19,734 nt of DNA, from positions 1 through 19,734 of the forward strand of contig JANRLX010000075.1 in the NCBI GenBank assembly GCA_033762115.1, given 5' to 3'. The position numbers and the translations under genes were made by a program. This DNA is from Verrucomicrobiota bacterium (GTDB lineage: Bacteria; Verrucomicrobiota; Verrucomicrobiia; Limisphaerales; SXQI01). The notes beneath the pieces were generated by a model. The model saw nothing but the letters and a program-made list of their open reading frames with translations, had not been told where the DNA came from and searched no databases. This document shows positions 1 through 9,537 of the stretch, piece by piece; the stretch's first letter is position 1; every line of letters starts with the position of its first letter.

Positions 1-2677
1 GATCACCAATGTTTCAATGCTGCGGAAGTTGTCCAGCGGGGACCAGGTTCAATCAACAAATCTCTGGCAACAACAATTGGCAGCGGTCCTGAAAGCCGCG
101 GAAGAAATTCGTTTCGCTGGCACACCCGATTTATGGATCAACCTCAGCGGGGATGTCACGAATAGCGAAAGTTTCAAAGGATGGTGCCGGCTGACCTGCA
201 GGGCAACACTTACCCCCTGGGGTTATTTTGAAGGAGTTTCCCTGAGCAGTGGAATATTTCCGGATGCTTCCGAGAGGCAAAGTCTCGCGTTAATCAATGC
301 GACGCTACGCCATGCCCAGATGGAGGATGGCACACTTCGGGACCTGATGATCAATTTTGAGAGCAGTTATCCGCATACCAACAGCGCATGGTTCTCCAGC
401 AACTGGAAAATTTCGGCACGGGAGGTGGAGAGCCGCGATGTCAGTTGTTCGAATCTGGTTGTTCAACTCATGTCCGACCAGGCAGACGACTCGGGAACAA
501 ATTTTTTTAGTCAGGTCTCTCTTTCTGCCGGGCATTCCCGTTTTCCTTACGCGATCAGAGCGGAACAAGCCGGGCTTCAGATCGGGGTTTCTCATACGTA
601 TCCATTGCCGATTTTGCGTCGATTCCTTCAAAGCAAAATGCCTGGAGCGACGAATTCAGCAGGGAGTCCGACTGGAATGGAACTGATCCCATCACAGAAT
701 TGGCGGGGAGACTGGAGCCTGGTTCTGGATGGCATTTCAGGCCAGGCAGGAAAAGCAGGTTCCCTGTCGCTGACAGGGGCTGTTTCCCATGCGCCGGGGA
801 CTGAAGAGGCGAACCATGAGGTTTGGGGTTGGTGGTCTCACCTGAAGAATTTCCAGGCTAACTGGTCCGGGACCATTTCCAATTACAATTCGGACAAGCT
901 TTCGATAGATATCGTCCGAGGTTCCGGGGAATGGAAGGCACCGCTGCTGACTGTGAACCGCCTGGATGCGCAGCTTTACGGTGGAACGTTGTCCGCAACC
1001 GGTTCGCTCGATATTCCTTCCCGCCAGCTGGAATTGAAAAGCCATGCGCATTTTGATCTCCACCAGGCTGGAGATGTCATGGACAAGACAGTCCGCAACT
1101 GGCTTGACCAATTCAAATGGGAACAACCGCCGGAAATTGAGGTTGCGATGGGGATGCGTTTTCCGGAATGGGAAAACCCACGGCCCAATTGGCGAGAGGA
1201 GGTCATGCCCACCTTCACGCTGGCGGGTTCGCTGACAATTACAAATGGCACTTTTTACAAAATCCCGGCTTCCATTTCCGCGACGGAGTTTTCGCTGACC
1301 AATTTTTTGTGGATGGTCCCGCGGCTGGTCATCTCCCGACCTGAGGGGAATCTCATCGTGAGCTATGAGGGAGATTTGAAAACGAGCAGGTTTGATTGGA
1401 AAATCGATAGTTCCATCGATATTACCGCGCTTTCGCCGCTTATTAAAAACAAGGAAGGAAAAATTGCACTGCAACGCGCGGAATTTTCCGTGCCGCCAAA
1501 GATCGTTGCTTCCATCCATGGCCGCTGGGATGATGAATCCTCACTTGCTGCGACGGGTACGGTGATCGCCACGAATTTTGTTTATCACGATGCAAATTTT
1601 GATTCGACCTCGCTTAACTTTTCCTACAGCAACCGTTTCATCACCTTCACTGATTTATCCGCCACCCGTCCGGGGGAAATGGCGACCGCTCCCTGGGCAA
1701 TGATCGATCTGCGTCGCGGTGTGATGTACGTGACGAACGGTTTCAGCACCATGGACCCGTATATGGCCACCCGCCTGATGGGGCCGATCACTGCGCGGGC
1801 GATTCGGCCTTACCAGTTTGACCGCCCTCCGACTGTGCAGGTGAACGGTCGCATCCCGCTGATTGATGAAGATGACGCCGACATGGTTTTTAAAATCAAG
1901 GGCGGCTCTTTTCACTGGTGGAAACTTAACCTCACAAGCCTTCAGGGTGAGCTTTACTGGAAGAGCAACGTGGTTGCGATTTCCAATTCCGTGGCGGGAT
2001 TTTATGAAGGGGAAGCCCAGTGGACGGGGAAGTTCCTTTTCAAGGCGGATGATTCCGCTGACCTGGCCTTTCGCGCGGTGATCGCCAACAGCAACCTTGC
2101 CCCGCTGGTCAAGGATCTTTTCGGCACCACGAACCGGCTGGAGGGACGGTTGCATGGGAACCTCGTGATCACTTCGGGAAATACGGAAGACCAGTCCTCC
2201 TGGGAAGGGTTTGGCGAAGCGCAATTGCGGGAAGGGTTTTTGTGGGACATGCCGCTTTTTGGCGTCCTGAATCCGATGCTCTCCTCGCTCGCACCCAATC
2301 TTGCCCGCAACGCCGTCACCGCCGGGAACGCAAGCTACACCATATCCGGGGGGAAAATATATACACAGGACCTGGAACTCCGCGCACCGGCGTTTCGGAT
2401 GAAGTATAACGGCTTTGTGGATTTTGACGGAAATGTCGATGCCCGGATGGAAGCGCAGATGCTGCGGGACACCTGGCTTGTGGGCAAGGCGTTCAGCGTC
2501 GCGCTCTGGCCACTTGCCAAAGTCCTGGAAACGCGGGTGACCGGAAAACTTTCGGAGCCAAAGAGCGAACCGATCTATATTCCAAAAATTGTCCTGTTCC
2601 CGTTACGCCCAATTCAAACGCTCAAGGAATTGTTTCCTCAAAAGACCAATGATCCCGCATCGCTTTTGGAGAAATAA
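1..2677 (+). CDS. AsmA-like C-terminal domain / repeating beta-groove envelope protein, 5' end outside window
   Basis: Frame is open from base 2 upstream of the ATG at 17. Long beta-rich repeats ('LYGGTLS', 'FYEGEAQ') and a C-terminus 'G.G.A.LREG.LWDMPLFG.L...YNGFVDFDGNVDARMEAQMLR...ETRVTGKLSEPK' typical of AsmA-like C-terminal regions. Confidence 0.75.
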   Translation, partial: ITNVSMLRKLSSGDQVQSTNLWQQQLAAVLKAAEEIRFAGTPDLWINLSGDVTNSESFKGWCRLTCRATLTPWGYFEGVSLSSGIFPDASERQSLALINATLRHAQMEDGTLRDLMINFESSYPHTNSAWFSSNWKISAREVESRDVSCSNLVVQLMSDQADDSGTNFFSQVSLSAGHSRFPYAIRAEQAGLQIGVSHTYPLPILRRFLQSKMPGATNSAGSPTGMELIPSQNWRGDWSLVLDGISGQAGKAGSLSLTGAVSHAPGTEEANHEVWGWWSHLKNFQANWSGTISNYNSDKLSIDIVRGSGEWKAPLLTVNRLDAQLYGGTLSATGSLDIPSRQLELKSHAHFDLHQAGDVMDKTVRNWLDQFKWEQPPEIEVAMGMRFPEWENPRPNWREEVMPTFTLAGSLTITNGTFYKIPASISATEFSLTNFLWMVPRLVISRPEGNLIVSYEGDLKTSRFDWKIDSSIDITALSPLIKNKEGKIALQRAEFSVPPKIVASIHGRWDDESSLAATGTVIATNFVYHDANFDSTSLNFSYSNRFITFTDLSATRPGEMATAPWAMIDLRRGVMYVTNGFSTMDPYMATRLMGPITARAIRPYQFDRPPTVQVNGRIPLIDEDDADMVFKIKGGSFHWWKLNLTSLQGELYWKSNVVAISNSVAGFYEGEAQWTGKFLFKADDSADLAFRAVIANSNLAPLVKDLFGTTNRLEGRLHGNLVITSGNTEDQSSWEGFGEAQLREGFLWDMPLFGVLNPMLSSLAPNLARNAVTAGNASYTISGGKIYTQDLELRAPAFRMKYNGFVDFDGNVDARMEAQMLRDTWLVGKAFSVALWPLAKVLETRVTGKLSEPKSEPIYIPKIVLFPLRPIQTLKELFPQKTNDPASLLEK

Positions 2678-2749
2678 TTCGACGCAAAAAAGGATTCCCT
2701 TTGATTTGAAGGGCGGAATCAGCTTTGCTCTTTTTTGACAATCCCAATT

Positions 2750-3979
2750 ATGGCCACTATCGCGATTCTCGGCACGATGGACACCAAAGGCGAGGAACAC
2801 GCCTTCGTTGCAGAACTGGTTCGCCAACGCGGACACCAGACCCTTGTGATCGATGTTGGCGCGCTGGAACCCCCTTTGCTGAAACCGGACATTCGCCGTG
2901 AAGAGGTTGCTGCGGCAGCCGGTGTCGATTTTCCTTCGCTGGTGGCGCGGCGCGACCGGGGTGAAACAGTCGATGCCATGGCCCAGGGAGCCCCGATGGT
3001 CCTCTCTCGACTGGCCCAGGAACGAAAGATTGACGGGATCATTTCACTGGGCGGCGGCGGTGGGACAGCCATTGGAACAGCCGCGATGCGGGCGCTGCCA
3101 ATCGGTTTTCCAAAAGTCATGGTCTCAACCCTCGCGAGCGGAAACACTGCCCAATATATAGGGGTTAAGGATATCGTGATGTTCCCAAGCATCGTGGATG
3201 TGGCCGGTCTGAACCGGATTTCGCGACAAATCCTGACCAGGGCTGCGGGTGCGATTTGTGGGATGGTTGAAATGACCGTTCCCAGGACAGAGGACAAACC
3301 GATCATTGTTGCAAGCATGTTTGGCAATACCAGTGATTGCGTTCAGCGCGCCCGCAAAATCCTGGAGCAGGCAGGCTATGAAGTCCTGATTTTTCACGCG
3401 ACCGGAGGCGGTGGTCGAACGATGGAATCATTGATCGAGTCGGGCATGGTGGCAGGAGTGCTCGATGTGACCACGACTGAATGGGCTGATGAACTTGTGG
3501 GAGGATTTCTCACCGCGGGACCGACCCGCCTGGAAGCAGCGGCCAAGACAGGTGTCCCGGCAGTGATCACACCTGGATGCCTGGATATGGTGAATTTTTA
3601 TGGGCCTGAAAGCATCCCCAGCAAATTCCAGGGACGCACCTTCTACCAGCACAACCCACAAGTGACCCTGATGCGCACGAACGCGGAGGAATCCGCTGAG
3701 TTGGGCAGAATTCTGGCGCAGAAAGTCAACGCCTCCGAAGGACCGGTCAGCGTGCTCATTCCACGCAAGGCAATCAGTGTGATCAGCGCACCCGGACAGA
3801 AATTCCACGATCCGGTGGCGGACGAAGCCTTGTTTGGCAACCTCAAAAAGAACCTTCGGCCGGATGTGGAGATTGTTGAACTCGATGTGGAAATCAATGA
3901 CCCGATCTTTGCGGAGGCATGTGCCCACACCCTGTTGAAAAATATCGAGGCGTCGAAATTCAAGCAGGGGCGAAAGTAA
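2750..3979 (+). CDS. Tm-1-like ATP-binding domain protein (UPF0261)
   Basis: MATIAILGTMDTKGEE, GGGGGT, MRALPIGFPKVMVST, SIVDVAGLN, MFGNT, FHATGGGG, PGCLDMVNF, HNPQVTLMRT. ATG at 2750 preferred to the TTG at 2735. Confidence 0.93.
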   Translation: MATIAILGTMDTKGEEHAFVAELVRQRGHQTLVIDVGALEPPLLKPDIRREEVAAAAGVDFPSLVARRDRGETVDAMAQGAPMVLSRLAQERKIDGIISLGGGGGTAIGTAAMRALPIGFPKVMVSTLASGNTAQYIGVKDIVMFPSIVDVAGLNRISRQILTRAAGAICGMVEMTVPRTEDKPIIVASMFGNTSDCVQRARKILEQAGYEVLIFHATGGGGRTMESLIESGMVAGVLDVTTTEWADELVGGFLTAGPTRLEAAAKTGVPAVITPGCLDMVNFYGPESIPSKFQGRTFYQHNPQVTLMRTNAEESAELGRILAQKVNASEGPVSVLIPRKAISVISAPGQKFHDPVADEALFGNLKKNLRPDVEIVELDVEINDPIFAEACAHTLLKNIEASKFKQGRK

Positions 3980-3999
3980 AAAGCCCCCAGTGGGGGCTT
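3978..3999 (-). terminator. Intrinsic terminator between convergent genes (U-tract on minus strand)
   Basis: AAGCCCCC-AGT-GGGGGCTT (3981-3999) preceded by an A-run that reads as a U-tract on the minus strand. Confidence 0.7.
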
Positions 4000-4023
4000 G
4001 TAGATTCGACAAGTCAGGGAATT

Positions 4024-4923
4024 TTAGCGGCGCTTCTTTGCGGTGCCCCTCGAAGCTGCTGCGCCTTTCACCGGGATTTGCTTGAACTTGCGGGTCAGCT
4101 GCGTCAAAGAATCTTCCACTGCCAGCCGTTCCAGGCTGGACGCGCCCACGAATCCCACACAATCGGTGTGTTGATTAATGTAAGCGGCATCTTCCGGTGT
4201 GGCAATCGGCCCGCCATGCGAAAGGAAGATCAGGTCTTTGCGGACCGTCTTGGCGGCATCGATAATTTTTTGGGTTCGTTCAGCCGCATCTTCCATGCTG
4301 CAAACAGCGCCGGTCACGCCGATGCTGCCACCCACGGTTGTGCCGACGTGGGCGATAATGACATCTGCCCCTGCTTCAGCCATCATTTTTGCATCGTCCG
4401 GCTCCGCCACATAGACGATGCTGAAAAGGTCCATCTTGTCCGCCAGTGCGACCATTTCCACTTCCTGCTTGAAGGACATGCCGGTTTCCTCCAGCACCCG
4501 CCGGAAATGTCCATCCACAATGCAATGGGTCGGAAAATTGTTCACCCCGGAAAATCCCATTTCCTTGACTTTGAGCAGCCAGTGCCACATCCGCCGCCTT
4601 GGGTCCGTGGCATGGACACCGCAAATCACGGGGATCTCCTGGACCACGGGAAGCACTTCGTGTTCGCCGATCTCCATCGCGATTGCATTCGCATCGCCAT
4701 AAGCCATCAATCCGGCAGTCGAGCCGCGTCCAGCCATCCGGAAACGACCTGAGTTATAAATGATGATCAGGTCCGCGCCGCCTTTTTCAATGAACTTGGC
4801 GCTGATGCCTGTGCCGGCGCCTGCCACAATGACCGGCTCACCTTTTTTCAGGGTGGCGCGCAGACGTTGAACGACTTCCTTGCGAGTGTAGGGGTTTCCT
4901 TTTCCAGTCCAGGGATTTGGCAT
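4024..4923 (-). CDS. Phosphoenolpyruvate hydrolase-like / TIM-barrel signal transduction protein (Tm-1 C-terminal homologue)
   Basis: GAGTGISAKF.E.GGADLIIIYNSGRFRMAGRGS.AGLMAYGDAN, GV.NFPT, LEETGM, HGGPI, GFVGASS.ERL. Confidence 0.93.
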   Translation of the reverse strand: MPNPWTGKGNPYTRKEVVQRLRATLKKGEPVIVAGAGTGISAKFIEKGGADLIIIYNSGRFRMAGRGSTAGLMAYGDANAIAMEIGEHEVLPVVQEIPVICGVHATDPRRRMWHWLLKVKEMGFSGVNNFPTHCIVDGHFRRVLEETGMSFKQEVEMVALADKMDLFSIVYVAEPDDAKMMAEAGADVIIAHVGTTVGGSIGVTGAVCSMEDAAERTQKIIDAAKTVRKDLIFLSHGGPIATPEDAAYINQHTDCVGFVGASSLERLAVEDSLTQLTRKFKQIPVKGAAASRGTAKKRR

Positions 4924-4984
4924 AGTTAAATTCTTAAATCAAAAGTCCGCAGACTTTGTGCATTTTGACTCGGAATTGCAATGG

Positions 4985-6133
4985 TTAGTACTTGGCCACT
5001 GAGGGATCGATCTCATCCGACCAGGCCAGGATGCCCCCTTTGACGCTCTTGATATATTTGAAGCCGCGCTCCCGCAAAAGGTTTAGCGCTTTCATGGAAC
5101 GCACTCCGCTCTTGCAATGGATGTAGATCTGCTGGTTCGGGTCCAGTTCTGTAAAACGTTCCGCAAGGGTACCGAGCGGAATCAGCGTGGTGCCGGTGAC
5201 ATGACAGATCTCATACTCATCCGGATCTCGCACATCGATCACACGGATGTTCAACGATTTGTCCTCCAGGGCGCGTTTCATCTCCTGCACCGTCACCTCA
5301 TCCGGATTCTCAGTGGCAGATGCGGATTCAGGAGTGATCCCGCAGAACATTTCATAATCGATCAACTCTGTTACTGTCGGGTTCTCTCCGCAAACGGGAC
5401 ATTTCGGATCGCGCCGCAATTTCACTTCGCGGAATTTCATGTCGAGGGCGTTGAACAACATCAACCGCCCCACCAGCGAAGTGCCGGTGCCGATGATCAG
5501 CTTCAAAATTTCAGTGGCCTGGATGCAACCGACAATTCCCGGCAGCACTCCCAGCACCCCACCCTCGGCGCAACTCGGGACCATTCCTGGCGGGGGCGGT
5601 TCCGGATAAAGACAACGGTAACAAGGCCCGCCGAGGTGCGGCGCAAACACGCTTGCCTGTCCTTCGAACCTGAAAATCGACCCGTAAACATTGGCTTTCT
5701 TCAACAGCACACAGGCATCATTCGTCAGGTAACGGGTGGGAAAGTTATCTGTTCCATCCACCACGATGTCGTACTGCCCGATGATCTGGAGGGCGTTCTC
5801 GCTGCTGATCCGCTCATTATGGATGACCACCTGCGTTCCGGGGTTGATGCCCTGGATTGATTCCCGAGCCGACTCGGTTTTCGGCCTGCCGATGTCAGCG
5901 GTGCTGTGGATAATCTGCCGCTGAAGGTTGGAAAAATCGACGGTGTCGAAATCGAGCAACCCCAGCTTCCCCACCCCCGCCGCCGCCAGGTACATTGCAA
6001 TGGGAGAACCCAAACCGCCCGCGCCAATACAGAGCACACTGGCGGAACATATTTTCTTCTGCCCCGCCAATCCCACTTCCGGGAGAATCAAATGTCTTGA
6101 GTATCGCCGGATTTCTTCATTTGAAAGTTGCAT
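4985..6133 (-). CDS. moeB: Molybdopterin-synthase adenylyltransferase MoeB with C-terminal rhodanese domain (MoeZ/MoeBR type)
   Basis: RYSRHL, GAGGLGSP, SNLQRQ, DGTDNF.TRY, PCYRCL, SCAEGGVLG, CPVC, and rhodanese 'IDVR.P.EY...HCKSGVRS...GGILAW'. Start ATG at 6133 (MQLSNEE). Confidence 0.93.
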   Translation of the reverse strand: MQLSNEEIRRYSRHLILPEVGLAGQKKICSASVLCIGAGGLGSPIAMYLAAAGVGKLGLLDFDTVDFSNLQRQIIHSTADIGRPKTESARESIQGINPGTQVVIHNERISSENALQIIGQYDIVVDGTDNFPTRYLTNDACVLLKKANVYGSIFRFEGQASVFAPHLGGPCYRCLYPEPPPPGMVPSCAEGGVLGVLPGIVGCIQATEILKLIIGTGTSLVGRLMLFNALDMKFREVKLRRDPKCPVCGENPTVTELIDYEMFCGITPESASATENPDEVTVQEMKRALEDKSLNIRVIDVRDPDEYEICHVTGTTLIPLGTLAERFTELDPNQQIYIHCKSGVRSMKALNLLRERGFKYIKSVKGGILAWSDEIDPSVAKY

Positions 6134-6235
6134 ACTTACTTGAACCACCCAACTTACGTGAGAACTCTCCGACCGTCATCTTATAAATGGGGCGAGTGGA
6201 CAGTTCCGAGGGGGAGAATGAAAGGCAGAGAAAGC

Positions 6236-6263
6236 TTGCATGAACGGGAAACCTGCTTATGTT
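6236..6263 (+). promoter_or_regulatory. Possible sigma70 promoter of tRNA-Cys
   Basis: TTGCAT (6236-6241) -16 nt- TATGTT (6258-6263), 17 nt upstream of the tRNA. Confidence 0.35.
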
Positions 6264-6280
6264 CCTGCTCTCTGTATGAC

Positions 6281-6355
6281 GGCGGGGTAGCCAAGTGGTA
6301 AGGCAGGGCTCTGCAAAAGCCTTATGCGTCGGTTCAATTCCGACCCTCGCCTCCA
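6281..6355 (+). tRNA. tRNA-Cys (GCA)
   Basis: Acceptor GGCGGGG/CCTCGCC, D-arm GCCAAGTGGTAAGGC, anticodon loop CTGCAAA, T-arm GTCGG-TTCAATT-CCGAC, discriminator U and encoded CCA. Confidence 0.97.
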
Positions 6356-6356
6356 A
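6337..6356 (+). repeat. attL-like core (3' end of tRNA-Cys)
   Basis: ATTCCGACCCTCGCCTCCAA, identical to 9470-9489. Confidence 0.9.
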
Positions 6357-6400
6357 CTCGAACGAGTTGAAACGCAAGAGCTTCTGAAGGTGATCCACTC

Positions 6401-6424
6401 GAAGTTCCAGTGAAACTTCCAGTA
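6401..6424 (+). repeat. 12-bp tandem repeat, putative integrase arm-type sites (element 1, left)
   Basis: GAAGTTCCAGTG / AAACTTCCAGTA. Confidence 0.6.
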
Positions 6425-6517
6425 GATTCACAACTCCGGCAAAAAGCGGTCAAAACACCGATACCGCACTGTCTGAGCACGACCACGAATTGCCCGTGTT
6501 TCCACGACTGAGGAAAC

Positions 6518-7175
6518 ATGAAAGCGAAGTATCGTTGTTTGAACGCGCGAGCGGCGTGTTTTACATCGAGGACACCGAGACAAAACGGCAGGAGAGTCTC
6601 AAGACCAAAGAGAAGGACGTTGCCCATCGTCTCTGGCACGCCAAGAACGAAGCGCACGAGCAGCCTGCAATCAATCTGCAAATTGCTCGCGCCTACCTGG
6701 CTGCGACCGATGCCGGAATCAGCACCCGCACCTGGCAGCACGTCATGGACGCCATGCGCAGCGACAAGACCGGCCCGACGCTTCACCGCTGGCTGACTGC
6801 CATCAAGGACAAAGCCTTTGATTCGATCCGCACGCGCGTCCTGCTGGAGACCAAAGCCGACGACCTCCGCCGCGTGCTCGACGCCGGGAGCGTCGCCACC
6901 AACGTGTTCCTGCGCCGCATCCACAATTTCGCGCTGGGCATGGGCTGGATCGCCTGGCCCATTCTCGGCAAGAAACAATGGCCCGAAGTCCGCTTCGCCG
7001 ACAAACGCGCCATCACGTGGGACGAGCATCTGAAAATCCTCGATCGCGAGCCGAACAAGGAGAAAGCCGCCTTTTACGACCTCGCATGGCACATCGGCGC
7101 AGCACAGACCGACCTCGCCAACTTGAAAGCCGAAGACATCGACTGGGGCGATTGCGTCATCGCATTCCGCCGCGC
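6518..7175 (+). pseudogene. Tyrosine recombinase/integrase pseudogene (copy 1)
   Basis: RBS GAGGA plus ATG 6518 give MKAKYR. A 1-nt deletion near 6535 shifts into the frame LFERASGVFYIEDTETKRQESL...TNVFLRRIHNFAL...FYDLAWHIG...EDIDW. Similarity to copy 2 ends near 7175, and no C-terminal HxxR/Tyr region is present. Confidence 0.85.
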
Positions 7176-7237
7176 CGAATATTGGGATTTAGGATGCAGC
7201 ACAAACAGCGGTCGCGCAGACCAGGGTCTTCAAGCAG

Positions 7238-9139
7238 TTATTTCGATTTCGCGCAGTTCTCAACGGCTGTTTTTAACAAAGCCAAAATCTTTGGGTATTG
7301 ATATTCTTTGAAACGGCGAAGCTTTTGTTCGAGCTTTTGCTTCACATCCTCCAAAGGGGTTGCGAGGAAATCGTCGCGAGTGACCAAGGTGTAGCTAAGA
7401 ATGCGACAATTCTCGAGCGTTGCAATGTCTTCTCTGTTTGCGAGGTTAAACAGGGCAGGAGATTTTTGTGCAATTGAATAGATTTCGTTGCGGAGCCGGC
7501 TGAAGTGCGGATCAGCTTTTCGGATCGTACAAATAATTGTTACACCCAGCGATTCGGCATTTTGGAATGGATTCGTAAAGGGAAAGCTCATGAACATCAG
7601 ATCAAAAAGCCTTTTTGGGGCGGAGCTTTTCACAGGCAGGATTGCGTCGATTTCGGGAGGAACGAAGGCCATGTATGCACGAAAACGAGGATTATTCCGT
7701 GGCGACCGAAACGAACCGGGGAAAACGCGTTGAATCAGGTCGCCGATAAAGTCTTCAACTTCGTCTCGAACAGACTCCTGCCAACGACGCACAAACGCAA
7801 GCATCCCGCAGACTGCTTTGCTTTCGGCTTGGAACAATTCTGCGCACTTGTGCGCTAGGGCTGGTGCCAGTTCGATGCGCGTTTTCATCCTCAACTCCAA
7901 CCGATCACTCAAGAGCCGTCCATAGTCGTTCAACAGAAGGCTCAAAATATCGGCATTCGTGAAACTGGCAGCGGCATTCGCCAAAACTCGACCCCGGATC
8001 GCCCTAGCATATTCTCCGAAAGTCAATTTCACATATGCAGGATCGGATGGAGATTCTCCCCTCAATGTGAAGAAGACGAACAGGTGATGGAAATTTGGAA
8101 ACCACTCCTGAACATAGGCTCGATAACGAGCTAGTTGGTTATTGCCCTCTCGCGATTCCAGTTTGTTTTCGATGGCGCAAACAAACTTCGCCCGTTCACT
8201 GACAATCAGAAGATCGATATTGTATTCTTCCCGGCGGATCTCAATGTCCGCGAAATCCGATTCCCGAAATGTGGGCAGAGACAATTTCGGGCTGGAAAGG
8301 GTGATCTGTTCGAGAAATGCGGAGAACGCTCCAAGACCGAGCCCATGTGCCTCCCCAGGATTGAAAAGCCACGCATAAAAGTCGGAATGCTTTATTTCTC
8401 TCAGTTGGAGAGCGGCAAAAAGATTCGGTCTCGCGTCTGACGTTCCGGATAAAAAGTCGTCGTATTGTTGAAGAAGAAATGGGAGGCTGGCTCCTACATT
8501 CTTCGATTCAGGTGTCGCACGCTTCAGCGAATCGGAAAGTTCTGAATATGTGATAGCCACATACTGCGAATCCGAGGGAGCTTCAGCACGCAAGCTCAAG
8601 AAAACGAACGCCCGGCCGTAATCGGGGAATTCGCGCTCAATTGCCTCACGATATCGTTTCAGTTGATTTGTGTGCTCACCGGCGTGGATTTTGTTTTCCA
8701 CAACACAGATGAATTTCTCCTGACGATTCAAGATCACTAAATCAACTCTGCCGAAACGCTCTCTCTCAACAACCGCCCCGGACGCCCATCGGCGTACTTT
8801 TGCCGTCTCGAAATCGCCCCTTTTTTTCAAAACGCACGTGAGGAATTCGGTCAAAAATCCGTCTCCAATTCCGTGCGACTGCATCGGAGAAAGTAGCCAC
8901 GCCAGGAAGTTGGAATGACGCGTTTCATAGTCGGTGGTATTGACAGCGGCAAAAACATTCAAGGCGTTTAGCCGGTGGTCTATTTCACGGATCTTCGGCT
9001 CAAACGTGTCCCACCGAGCCAACAAAGGTGCGAGTTCCGAGATCGTGATCTTAGGCAGCCTTTGCCTTTTGTCCCGTGCATGTTCGAGGGCCACGAAGGC
9101 GAGAGGGCCACTTCGGAACAGCTTTTCGACCGCTTTCAT
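7238..9139 (-). CDS. PD-(D/E)XK nuclease family protein with two tandem PDDEXK_4-like domains
   Basis: Two copies of N.F....E..HS.F.AWL..P...HG.G ... RE..R/N(V/I)DL(V/L)I ... ENK ... NQL.RY; ENK codons at 8698-8690 and 8170-8162. Start is ATG 9139 or TTG 9157. Confidence 0.85.
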   Translation of the reverse strand: MKAVEKLFRSGPLAFVALEHARDKRQRLPKITISELAPLLARWDTFEPKIREIDHRLNALNVFAAVNTTDYETRHSNFLAWLLSPMQSHGIGDGFLTEFLTCVLKKRGDFETAKVRRWASGAVVERERFGRVDLVILNRQEKFICVVENKIHAGEHTNQLKRYREAIEREFPDYGRAFVFLSLRAEAPSDSQYVAITYSELSDSLKRATPESKNVGASLPFLLQQYDDFLSGTSDARPNLFAALQLREIKHSDFYAWLFNPGEAHGLGLGAFSAFLEQITLSSPKLSLPTFRESDFADIEIRREEYNIDLLIVSERAKFVCAIENKLESREGNNQLARYRAYVQEWFPNFHHLFVFFTLRGESPSDPAYVKLTFGEYARAIRGRVLANAAASFTNADILSLLLNDYGRLLSDRLELRMKTRIELAPALAHKCAELFQAESKAVCGMLAFVRRWQESVRDEVEDFIGDLIQRVFPGSFRSPRNNPRFRAYMAFVPPEIDAILPVKSSAPKRLFDLMFMSFPFTNPFQNAESLGVTIICTIRKADPHFSRLRNEIYSIAQKSPALFNLANREDIATLENCRILSYTLVTRDDFLATPLEDVKQKLEQKLRRFKEYQYPKILALLKTAVENCAKSK

Positions 9140-9267
9140 GATTTCCAATATTTCCAAATCGACCGAATGCAGGAAACAGAATTCCTGCGCAGATCGCTAA
9201 CCATACGAAGCGCAAATGGCGAATGCCAATGTGCCAGCAAATCCAGATGCCCAATCGAGACGGGAAA

Positions 9268-9358
9268 AATTCTTCAGTGAATTCTTCAGTAGAACCTTCA
9301 GGGAGCGCGCTTCACGAGCTTGAGGAAGGACTCCCCATCTTCAGTGATTTCTTCAGTG
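9268..9358 (+). repeat. Five 12-bp repeats (3+2), putative integrase arm-type sites (element 1, right)
   Basis: AATTCTTCAGTG, AATTCTTCAGTA, GAACCTTCAGGG (9268-9303); CCATCTTCAGTG, ATTTCTTCAGTG (9335-9358). Confidence 0.65.
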
Positions 9359-9469
9359 GCAATGCTGTGAACGTGTCCTATTCATGCGGGTTTTTGTGGT
9401 GCGCGTGCAGTCTTGACTGTTTCAGAATGCATGACAAATTCATTGCGGATTTTGAGTCGACTTCGGTCG

Positions 9470-9489
9470 ATTCCGACCCTCGCCTCCAA
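9470..9489 (+). repeat. attR-like core (duplicated tRNA-Cys 3' end)
   Basis: ATTCCGACCCTCGCCTCCAA, identical to 6337-6356. Confidence 0.9.
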
Positions 9490-9537
9490 GCTTCAAAGCT
9501 TGTGCCTGAAGAATTTGCGAGGTGAGGCGAAGCAATC

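Larger units (their letters stand above)
6337..9489. mobile_element. Integrated genomic islet (~3.1 kb) in tRNA-Cys, decayed
   Basis: Flanked by a 20-bp direct repeat of the tRNA 3' end, with an integrase pseudogene next to the tRNA, a single cargo gene and 12-bp-period repeats inside both ends. Confidence 0.85.

Noticed and set aside
305..5860. Long alternative-frame ORFs (737-1519, 1655-2224, 2719-3327, 3428-4162, 3919-4752, 5117-5860)
   Set aside because: Antisense shadows of well-supported genes with no recognisable motifs.
6490..7311. Intact 273-aa integrase as called in the ORF track
   Set aside because: Homology to copy 2 and the RBS point to ATG 6518 with a frameshift; the tail after ~7175 is non-homologous and overlaps the nuclease gene.
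9268..9358. Possible CRISPR array
   Set aside because: Units are 12 bp, abutting, without spacers or cas genes; better explained as integrase arm sites.
9455..9489. Second tRNA gene
   Set aside because: Only the 3' 20 nt match; no D-arm or anticodon arm.
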